From Scyliorhinus canicula (taxonomy: Eukaryota), in the NCBI RefSeq assembly GCF_902713615.1, contig NC_052151.1, positions 215,337,677-215,401,676 of the forward strand: a DNA stretch of 64,000 bases. The letters run 5' to 3'. The notes under the pieces were generated by a model, which was not told the DNA's origin, made no database searches, and saw only the letters and a program-made list of their open reading frames with translations. Shown here piece after piece: positions 54,301 to 64,000 of the stretch (positions are counted from its first letter, which is position 1; every line of letters begins with the position of its first letter). The translations under genes and the position numbers were made by a program.

Positions 54301-55600
54301 GTACCTTTATGTTAGCTTTTATACATCAGTTTGGAATCTTAACTCCTCTATCAGTAACCTCTGTTAAGTTATTTGTCCTTTTAACGTTTCTCCTAATTTT
54401 CCTTCTCGTAGAACCCATAACCATGGAATAACCTACTAATACGATTTTACTTACGTTTTTACTTCCAGTTTTATTCCTTTTAATATTACTGAGCCTATTC
54501 ACTGGGCTCAGTACAGTCACTGTAGCTTGTATTGTGACCCTCTTTGGTTTTTCACTATGGCTTTTCTGCATTACACTTTCCCCCTTACTGCCTTTTGTTT
54601 CTGTCCCCGTTTTATTCCCTCCGACTTTCTGCAACGGTTCCCATCCCACTGCCACAGCACTAGCAAACACCCTCCCCAACAGCACTAGCTGTCACCCCGC
54701 CTGGGATATTCATTCCAGTCCAGCCAACGTGCATACCTTCCTGTCTGTACTGGCCCCAGCTCCCCTAGAGCCAGTTCCAATACACCAGGAATTTGAATTC
54801 CTCCTTTATGCACCATCTCCCGAGACACGCATTCATCCTATCTGTCCTGACATTCATACTCTGACTAGCTTGCGGAAGTGGTAACAATACTGGCATTACT
54901 ACCTTTGAGGTCCTACTTTTTAGTTTAACTCCTAACTCGCTGAATTCAGCTTGTGAAACTCATCCCGTTTTTACATATATCGTTGGTGCCTAAATGCTCA
55001 GCGACAGCTGGCTGTTCAACACCCCCCCCCCTCCGAAACGTCCTGCAGCCGCTCCGAGACATACTTGCCCCTTGAACCATGGAGGCAACATGCCACCCTG
55101 GAGTCTTGATTCCATCCGCAGAATCTAGTCCCCTATCAAGATAGCACTGCCATTCTTTATCCTACTCTCCTGCGCAGCAGAGCCAACCACGGTGCCATTA
55201 GTCTGGCTGCTGCTGCTTTCCTCGGGTTAGCCATCTCCATTAACAACATCCAAAACGGTATATCTGTTTTTCAGGGAGATGAGAGCAGGGGATACTTACA
55301 CTGTCTTACTGCTCTTACTCTGTCTTTGGGATTTCCATTTTCTATCTATCTCAGTAATTTTCACCTGTGGTGTGACTATCTCAGCGAACGTGCTATCCAC
55401 AATGTCCTCAGCATCGTGAAAAATCCAAGGTGAGTAAATCCGCAACTCCAGAACCGTCAAGCGGCAGCCGCAGCTGGACACATTTATTTCACGTGAATGA
55501 GCCAGGGTCAGTGGACGTGTCCCTGAGCTCCCACATCGCACGCAAGGAACATGAAAGGGGTCTGGGATCTCCTGTCATGTCTTAAACCTTAGTTTAACTG
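48361..55600 (-). mobile_element. Near full-length degraded CR1 (ORF1 + ORF2), split by an opposite-strand CR1
   Basis: 3' tail ATAAGAACACAAGAAC at 48361; RT breaks at CCCTCTGCA| (49206) and resumes at ACTTCC (52321); ORF1 remnant at 54700-55580. Confidence 0.88.
49207..52320 (+). mobile_element. CR1 LINE, near-complete ORF2; small SINE-tail fragment inserted at ~49553-49662
   Basis: FNARSITGK, TETWL, YYRPPN; 386-aa RT ORF 50719-51879 (NYRPVSLTS, MDFSKAFD, KFSDDTK); (TTTGTTC)n tail. Confidence 0.95.
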
Positions 55601-55689
55601 GTTAACTGCCAATCAGTTATGTGAGTGGAAGGGGCAGCTCCTTATTAATCTTCACTGCACAATTGCTAGATTAAATCAAATTCTTGAAA

Positions 55690-57510
55690 CTTGAAGTTTC
55701 TTTGGAAAATTGCTGGGAAGACAGACTTTTTAAAACACGATAAGCCAGTGGGGTTTATTTTAGTGGGTGAAGAAACCATGATTCCAACCGAAGAGACGGA
55801 AAAGTGTGTGAGAACATTGAGAGATTGTTCATGTGTAGTTTTCATGAAAACGTTTGAAAATTATATCTGTGATGGTAAGATTTCCTCATGTCTCAAATTG
55901 AGGGAAAGAACAGCCGTAAAAATCTTAAGGGACGCATGGATAAAACGATCTTTAATGGTGGGAGATAAGAAGATATGTAATTCAAAAGAAGTATTACCAG
56001 AAGCGGGGATGGCTCAGTGCTGCCTCAAGACGCCAGGTACCCGGTTTCATTTCCAACCTCAGGAGACTTTCTCCATGGAGATTGCACATCATCGCAGAGC
56101 GTACAATTTTCCACTGGGTGTTCGGGGTTTCTAACAGAGTCCAAACATGGGCCATTAAGAGGATTGACCATCCTAAATTCCCGTAAGTGTGCCAAGGTTG
56201 GATTATGGAAGGGTTATGGAAATAGGGCAGGGGATTGGACCCATGTAGAGTGCCCCTTTGGAAGGTCGGTTCAGATTCTATGGGCTAAAACGCCTAATTC
56301 TCTACTGTGGGGATTCGATGAAAAATTTGTAATATAATTAATCAATTGTGTGTTGAATAATATTACATTATGTAATGGTACATTATAAAATTGGCAAAGT
56401 GTTGTTCAGAATAATGGGAAAATTAACATTGCCCGGACTTCACATTACCCTTGGTAATTACTTAGTTGCGTCTCAGGAGGGTGTGGGGCCTACTTTGGTT
56501 GGCTAGCAGATGAAAACTAAGGCGTTGCGATAAGCATGCCCACACATGTTTCAAGATTGTGTGGTAACAATAATCCGAAATGAACCGATTGAGACAAGAG
56601 AAGGAGAAATTAAGCACTAAGTATAGGGAGGCCGATGATCAGTTATCAGAATCGGGTTTACTTAAATTGATTGGGGAAAAATTTGAGAGTCAGAATACAG
56701 AGACGACAGCCTTGAAATTTGCATCAACCTTTAGTGATAGACGAAGTACGTCTCGCGGGTTAGCCAGCAAACATTTTAAAAAGCCGCGAAAAGAGATGAA
56801 AAAAATGTGGAATTAAATCAAAAAGGCAAAGATTAGTTAGTCGGGTGAAAGGTGCAGTGCTATTACTGGTTGTAGGTGACAATTAAAATCAATATTTTCT
56901 TGGCGTTATCAAATTATAAGGATATTAAATGTGTTGAATTATGTGATTAGAAGGCATACAGAAGAAAACCTCAAATATTCTGTCATGTTAATATGAGTTG
57001 AAGGTATTTAGAATGGCAAGAAAAGCAGGAGGATTTGTTAATCGTTCCAATTTAGGGAGCACAGATAAATCCCAATTACACTGAATTTAGCATTACTTAA
57101 ATTAGATTGGACATTGAGGAAGTAATAAATAACTGGGATATTATACAGAGTTACGTTCTAGAGGGAAGATAATATGACTGGAATGCGTTATTACTTTCAC
57201 ATCTTGCTATATTTGGCAGCAAGCTAGGAGATGCAAGGTGACTATGCATGCTGTAGATATAGGAAGTTTGGTTTCAATTCAAATGAATACAGACGGAATC
57301 CACTAAAGATGGTGTAAGTTCAGATGAAGTTTGAAATCATACTTGAGAAAGATAACATTGAAGTTCGCTGCAGTGATTAGAGCCCACCATTGTGATGGAA
57401 CGAAAACCAGATTGTGTGTGGACCAGAGGAAAGTCAATGCACTTCCGGCAGCAGATTTGTGTTCTATGTTTCATTTGGAATATTGTATTAAAAGTGATCA
57501 ATTACGTATT
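55690..57510 (+). mobile_element. Highly degraded Gypsy-type LTR retrotransposon internal region, with V-SINE at ~56003-56320
   Basis: RT remnant DGTKTRLCVDQRKVNA...DLCSMFHLEYCI (compare RLCVDYRKVN...DSYPIPRLEDCI). Confidence 0.6.
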
Positions 57511-58232
57511 ATGATTAAAGTTTGTTATAACATAACATATACGTATTGGTCATTGTTATCACTCCTGTGGTTCAGTAAACTTTCCTCCCCATCTTTCGAA
57601 TTGCAAATAATGGTTCTCGCCCGCGATCCTTACACAATCCTCCATAAACACCGAATAGGCACATGCAGCGAGTTGACATTGGAAAAGAAAGGGATGGGTA
57701 TAGTATCCAGATGTGAAGCAGCTGGCATTTTGCCTGCTCAGTGTTTTTATCTATGTCTTGGTGTCACTGTTGGCTATTTCCGAGACTCTTTATGCGCACA
57801 GCGCACAAACTTTGAGGAAATCCAGGCGGTTGGCGGCTGGGCAAATTTTCATTAATAATGTATACATCCAAAGATTGTTAAATAAGGCGCCAAAGGTTGT
57901 CACCTCACCAAAGTAGTAATCTCTACACGTCAGGACAATTCTCTTCTTGGCTGCGAATCTGACGGCAGCTGGCGACTCTTTACATGTTTAGTGAAAATAA
58001 GGATTTAAAAGTCCAATGATCCAATCTAAATGTCTTTGCTTGCCTTAAAAAAATCTGGTTCACGAATGTACTTATGGGAAGTAAATCTGCCATCCTTATC
58101 CATTCTGAACAACATTTGATTTTAGACCTCCATACCTACAACAATATCATTGACTATGAAATGTCCTCTCAACAAGTCAGTAACACCCACATCCTATGAA
58201 CGAATTATAAAAAGATAATGAAAGCAGATAAC

Positions 58233-61200
58233 TGAAGTATGTTTTACTCACAGAACTGGATCAGTATTTGTGATCCGACAAAAACTTAGAACCAAAACAA
58301 AAGGAGCACATTATGACCTTCCAGATCCATGCTTCTTAAAATCTAATCACGTTCGGCAAAGAACATGGGCAAACAAAGGGCCAGTAAAGTATTGCATTGG
58401 TGCCAGAAAAATTATGCGATTCGGATAGGTATCTGGGTCTAACATGGCCATATGTATGGATCCTAGTGATTGAAAGCACAGGTATTTCGAAACATCGATT
58501 AGATTAGCCTCCTTGGCTGCTCCTACTGTACGGAAAAATTGGAAATATATGACATTTGAAACATGAAAGTAACACTGAGAATGCCTGAAAGGGTTCAACA
58601 GCAGCAGCTTGTCTGAAATGCAGACAGCTTCACAGGCGTGAAGGAAAACATTTAGGAACAATTCATTCTGATTCACAAGCTAAGAAGTTATTCGATCAAT
58701 TTAAATTCTTAAGTTATATGAAAGGGACCAGTATTTCATAATTATTTAAGCAATACATTATTTTATTGAACAATTAAGAAGAGAAGCCAGAATCTATGGT
58801 TTACCACAAGGGACAACTGTTAGGCCTGAAAACTTGCCGACATCAGTAATAGGATTAGACAACTCATTTACAAATAACGAAACCCAGAAGGTGACAAGGG
58901 TCTTCTATAACATGCACCGTTTTGACGTTAAGACCATTCAGAGGACAGACAAGCCAGATAAGGTTAGAGTCAGAAGAGTAATCTGATCATGACATTAGCT
59001 TGACCCAAAGATTCCTTGGGTTGAGACGGATGGCATTTATCCTAGGATTCTCTGGGAAGCCAGGGAAGAGATTGCTGAGCCTTAAGCTTTGAGTTTTATG
59101 TAATTATTGGCTACAGGAAATAGTGCCAGAGGACTGGAGGATAGCAAATGTGGTCCCTTTGTTCAAGAAGGGTAGAGATAACCGCGGTAACTATAGGCCG
59201 GTGAGCCTCACGTCTGTTGTGGGTAAAGTCTTGGAGAGGATTATAAGAGATACGATATATTAACATCTTGAAAGGAATAATATGATTAGGGATAGGAAGT
59301 ATGGTTTTGTGAAGGGTAGGTCATGCCTCACAAACCTTATCGAGTTCTTTGAGAAGGTGACTGAACAGGTAGACGAGGGTCGAGCAGTTGATGTGGTGTA
59401 TATGGATTTCAGTAAAGCGTTTGATATGTTTCCCCACGGTCGGCTATTGCAGAAAATACGGAGGCTGGGGATTGAGGGTGATTTAGAGATGTGGATCAGA
59501 AATTGGCTAGTTGAAAGAAGACAGAGTGTGGTGGTTGATGGGAAATGTTCAGAATGGAGTTCAGTTACGAGTGGCGTACCACAAGGATCTGTTCTGGGGC
59601 CGTTGCTGTTTGTCATTTTTATAAATGACCTAGAGGAGGGCACAGAAGGTTGGGTGAGTAAATTTGCAGACAACACTAAAGTCGGTGGAGTTGTAGACAA
59701 TGTGGAAGAATGTTCCAGGTTACAGAGGGACATAGATAGGCTGCAGAGCTGCGCTGAGAGGTGGCAAATGGAGTTTAATGTAGAGAAGTGTGAGGTGATT
59801 CACTTTGGAAAGAATAGCAGGAATGCGGACTATTTGGCTAATGGTAAATTCATGGTAGTGTGGATGAGCAGAGGGATCTCGGTGTCCATGTACATAGATC
59901 CCTGAAAGTTGCCACCCAGGTTGATAGGGTTGTGAAGAAGGCATATGGTGTGTTGGCCTTTATTGGTAGAGGGATTGAGTTCCGGAGCCATGAGGTCATG
60001 TTGCAGCTGTACAAAACTCTGGTACGGCTGCATTTGGAGTATTGCGGACAGTTCTGGTCGCTTCATTTTAGGAAGGACGTGGAAGCTTTGGAACGGGTGC
60101 AGAGGAGATTTACCAGGATGTTGCCTGGTATGGAGGGAAAATCTTATGAGGAAAGGCTGATGGACTTGAGGTTGTTTTCTTTAGAGAGAAGAAGGTTAAG
60201 AAGTGACTTAATGGAGGCATACACAATGAGCAGGTGGTTAGATAGGGTGGACAGTGAGAGCCTTCTCCCGCGGATGGAGGTGGCTAGCACGAGGGGACAT
60301 AGCCTTAAATTGAGGGGTTATAGATATAGGACAGAGGTCAGAGGTAGGTTTTTTACGCAAAGAGTGGTGAGGCTGTGGAATGCCCTACCTGCAACAGTAG
60401 TGCACTCGCCAACATTGAGGGCATTTAAAAGTTTAGTGGATAAGCATATGCATGATGATGGCATAGGGTAGGTTAGATGGCCTTTAGTTTTTGACTTCCC
60501 ATGTCGGTGCAACATCGTGGGCCGAAGGGCCTGTACTGCGCTGTATCGTTCCATGTTCTAAAGACATCAATAAGAAAGGTTACTGATGAAGACACAAACA
60601 AATTCATTACCAGGCAAGCAAAGTTAAAGTGTTCAAAGTAAGTAATGGCGCGCTGGTGGAATGACCACACTGTTGCATGGAACCATGCATGCAACCGATA
60701 GAAGCTAGCTTTCACTGTCAGGCCAGCAGTCAGCAAAGTGAGGCCAGCAGTCAGCGAATGGGAGCCATTTGTAAAGTTTAGGCTGCACAAGGGTTTAGAA
60801 AAACTCTGAAAATTGAGCAGAGAGGCAGAATCTTGCTCGGTGATGGGACAAGCACCATTTGAAGACTGAGCAACACAGAGAAACGAACAGAAGACCAAAA
60901 GTTAAAGGAAAACGATTGACAACATAGACCTGAGAGTCTTACAACTGGTCTGAACAAGAAAAGATCATTTTACTTTTCTGTAAAAGTCGTTTTTGCTTTT
61001 TTAACATGAAATAAAGTTAAGTTTAAATAGATAACGTGGAAGAGTTGTTATTATTATTATAAAGTTTAAATTACTCTACTTAGCAAGCCAGAGTGTAAGC
61101 TACTGAGTGGTAAGTAAACGGAATCTTCTAGGAAGATATGGCTTATATCGCGTGATAATTTGAAAGAACAGTTTGACCTGATTGACATCCACCCAATTCT

Positions 61201-61301
61201 GCCTTGGAGTCAGGGAAAACAACGAAATCCCTGGATCACCATTTAGAATTACAACGCTGGTATAGAGGGAATTCTAAGATAGAGGTGAGGTTTTTACTTC
61301 A
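58233..61301 (+). mobile_element. Long 5' LTR (~1.5 kb net of the CR1 insertion) of a second retrovirus-like element
   Basis: Perfect 7-bp inverted termini TGAAGTA (58233-58239) / TACTTCA (61295-61301); AATAAA at 61010; 15-bp direct repeat AGGCCAGCAGTCAGC (60720, 60741); PBS follows directly. Confidence 0.65.
59010..60560 (+). mobile_element. 5'-truncated CR1 LINE (RT and C-terminus)
   Basis: YMDFSKAFD, GVPQGSVLGPLLFVIFINDL, KFADNTK, LHLEYCGQFWS; CR1 3' hairpin/tail. Confidence 0.95.
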
Positions 61302-61319
61302 TGTCGCCCAACGTGGTCG
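61302..61319 (+). promoter_or_regulatory. Primer-binding site, tRNA-Lys(CTT; Lys1,2)-like
   Basis: TGTCGCCCAACGTGGTCG versus canonical TGGCGCCCAACGTGGGGC (14/18), directly after the terminal CA. Confidence 0.7.
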
Positions 61320-61320
61320 C

Positions 61321-61553
61321 CTAGAATATTAGAAGTTTCTAGGTAAAGCGAGGCTAGTGTATTAGAAATTTCTAGTTAACCAGAGCGAGGCTAGAATATT
61401 CGAGGTTCCTAGCAAAGCGGGTGGGGGTTAGGTTACTACAAGTTTCCGAACTACACAGGGAATATAATATGAGAAGCTTCTCGTTCCCATATAACGGTTA
61501 GAATATTAGAAGTTTCTAATTGGCACAGAGGCTAAAATATTAGAAGTTTTTAG
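61321..61553 (+). repeat. Seven-copy repeat array, 22-bp unit CTAGAATATTAGAAGTTTCTAG with 11-15 bp variable spacers
   Basis: Units start at 61321, 61354, 61391, 61428, 61462, 61498 and 61532 (period 33-37 bp); unit ends CTAGAA/TTCTAG are inverted repeats. Confidence 0.88.
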
Positions 61554-62291
61554 TCTATGTGTGTGTCAAACATTACCGGCCGAGCTTAATTTGTAAAGTC
61601 ATGTGTGAATGACTTAGAAGGGTATCCTGTGGATCGGGGAGACATAAAACTCGGTTGGGTGAAAATGTTAGTAGACTGGAACATACTAACCTTGAATAAA
61701 TGTCTGCAGGATGGCTTAGTAACAAGTACCGAGTGCCCTGCATCCACGACTGGTAGAAGTAGGCTAAAAATAAATCATGGTGGCTTGGTGGCAGGCTGAT
61801 TGTGAGGCTAAAATCTGGAGACATTGGGACGCCGAGAAGCTTTGGGGGATTAATTAATCGACCCTGAACGAAAAGAGATAGATAGTGCCTTAGGTTCCTT
61901 TGCGATAACGACCCATGGCGGGTACTTATCCCTTAATTTCAGAGTTGTAACTGAAAGGAACGCCAGTAACAGAAAAACTAAATTAGTTAAAAATCCGAAA
62001 AATGCCAATTAGGGTAATACTTCTGCCATGAAATACGGGTGAGAGAGATTCAGCAATGGAACAGGAGTGGAACAATATTTTAAAATTAAAAAGAACTCTT
62101 GGGCGAAAACGATTTATCAGTAAGGAGACATAGCATTCTTCGTTGGAGTATCTAAACCCTACAGAAAAGAGATCCGATCGGGATTCTTAAGGCATTCTTT
62201 GCATTTGAGAAAAAAGCAGAATCACTAATTGTGTTCGGACCCAAGCAGAAGCATGCAGCTGCTCAAGTGGGCAGGGTATGCTCTGGACTGG

Positions 62292-64000
62292 TTTTTTAAA
62301 TATTTCTTTATTCTCCATCTTTTCACATTTTCTCTCAATTTTACACCCACCAATAATAAACAATAGTCAGTAACAAACATGTCAATCCCCATATCAGTAA
62401 CAACAATCCCATTCTCCCACCAAATCCCAAATTCGTCCGCATGTCCACATAAACAAATGACAAAGAACAGTCAGGAATTGCCTGCAGGCACCGTTAACAC
62501 ACACCACCGCCTTCGCCCCAATCCTGCCGCCCCCCCCAAATAATGTTCGATGCTCATCCAGTTCTTCAAAGTGCCTAATGGATAATGCCCATGAATTGTA
62601 GAATCCGACTATCCTTCACCTCTGTTCAAACTTAACATTCTCAAGAGTCAAGAATTCCAGGTTCCGACGCCACGCAGGGTCACAGGTTGAAGAGGTTGAT
62701 CTCCAACCCATAAGGATCCACCCTCGGGCGACCAACGGGGCGAAGGCGACCTCATATGCCTCCACACCCGTTTCCAAGCCTGGCTGGTCTGACACCCCGA
62801 ATAAGATCTCCCGGGGACCCGGGTCCAGTTTCACGTCCACAACTTTAGAAATTACCATAGGAACCTCCTTCCAGTAATCCTCTAGCTTTGGACAGAACTT
62901 AAATATATGAACGTGATTATCGCCCCCACTCCCCGCAACGTTCACAAGCATTGTCTACTTCTATGAATCAGCTCATCCTCGCCGTCGTGAGGTGTGCTCT
63001 GCAGACCACCTTCAGCTGTATCAGTTGTATCGCACGAGGTGGAGGCATTCACACGCCGGAGCACCTCACACTAGAACCCCTCCTCCATATCCTCTCCCAA
63101 CTCTTCCTTCCACTTTGCTTTGATCCCTGCCAGTGGTGCCTTCTCCTCTTCCAAAATAGCTCCGTAAACAGCTGACACAACCCCCTTCTCCAGTACCCCT
63201 GTCGTTAGCACCTCCTCCAGCAATGTGAAGGCTGGCACCTCCGGGAAGTTCTGTATCTCCTTGCTGGCAAAATCTCGAATCTGCATATATCTAAACATAT
63301 CCCCCTGCTCAAGCCCAGACTTCACTTCCAGCTCCTTCAAACCTGCAAACCGACCCCGAAGAAACACATATTTCAGTGCCTTAATCCCCTTCTCATCCCA
63401 TTTCCGAAAATTTCCATCCCATCTCCATCGTTAAAATCTGTGCTTCCCCCGAATCGGCATTTCCCTTGACCCTGCCCCCAACCCGGTGTTAGCGAAACTG
63501 CCTCCAAATTCTCAATGAAGCTATTATTACCAGACTCCATAAGTACATCCCCGGGGATATCGGGAGTGGTGCTGTTGCTAGTAATTTCAATCACGCCCCC
63601 CTGCACAAAACTCTCCTCCATTCTGACCCACTGGGAATCAGCCCCTCTTACTCAGCTGCGCACCTTCTGCACATTTGCTGCCTAGTAGTAATACATCAGG
63701 TTCCGAAGTCAAAAACCGCCTCCATGCCTTCCCCTCTATAGTAGCACCTTTCTAACTCTGGCCACGTTCCCTCCCCATATGATGGACGTCATCCTTCCCT
63801 CAATCTCTCTGAAAAAAATACTTGGCAGGGAAATCGGCAATCATTGAAAAATAAACAGAAAACGCAGCAACACGTTCATTTTAACCACCTATAACCGACC
63901 CGCCTGTTACTGAGGGAGACCAACCCGCCTTGCCAGATCAGCTTTCACTCTCCCCACCAAACTAGAAATGTTGTAACTGCGGAGCCCCCGCCCCCCCCCC
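62292..64000 (-). mobile_element. L1-clade LINE, ORF2 3' end, running off the window
   Basis: MFRYMQIRDF, VVSAVYG, IKAKWKEELG, HVHIFKFCPKLEDYWKEV (C-terminal Cys-rich domain); A-rich tail near 62292. Confidence 0.85.

Noticed and set aside
61321-61553. CRISPR array interpretation of the repeat-spacer array
   Set aside because: Vertebrate context, no cas genes, degenerate repeats, and spacers only 11-15 bp and partly similar to each other.

Overview
This is repeat-dense vertebrate genomic DNA, not prokaryotic. HE1-like tRNA/V-domain SINEs and CR1 LINEs point to an elasmobranch (shark/catshark); that is an inference. There is one host gene: a minus-strand core-2 beta-1,6-GlcNAc transferase (GCNT1/GCNT3-like, GT14). 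It has two coding exons (28949-28173 and 25085-24549) joined by a phase-0 GT-AG intron, giving 437 codons with a single in-frame TAA at codon 252. The rest is nested mobile-element debris: Tx1, CR1, Rex1/Babar, L1, Penelope, Harbinger, Gypsy, solo LTRs and SINEs. The most interesting items are: (1) an old provirus at ~9390-17094 with paired LTR ends, a tRNA-Arg PBS, gag, integrase and an env remnant resembling the lokiretrovirus/paramyxovirus-F type; (2) a second retroviral-like 5' end with a ~1.5 kb LTR (58233-61301, split by a CR1), a tRNA-Lys PBS and a 7-copy array of heat-shock-element-like palindromic repeats in its leader; (3) a U2-snRNA-derived SINE-like insertion. Repeat boundaries are by eye and approximate unless TSDs or termini are quoted. 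Family assignments come from recalled motifs, not database searches.
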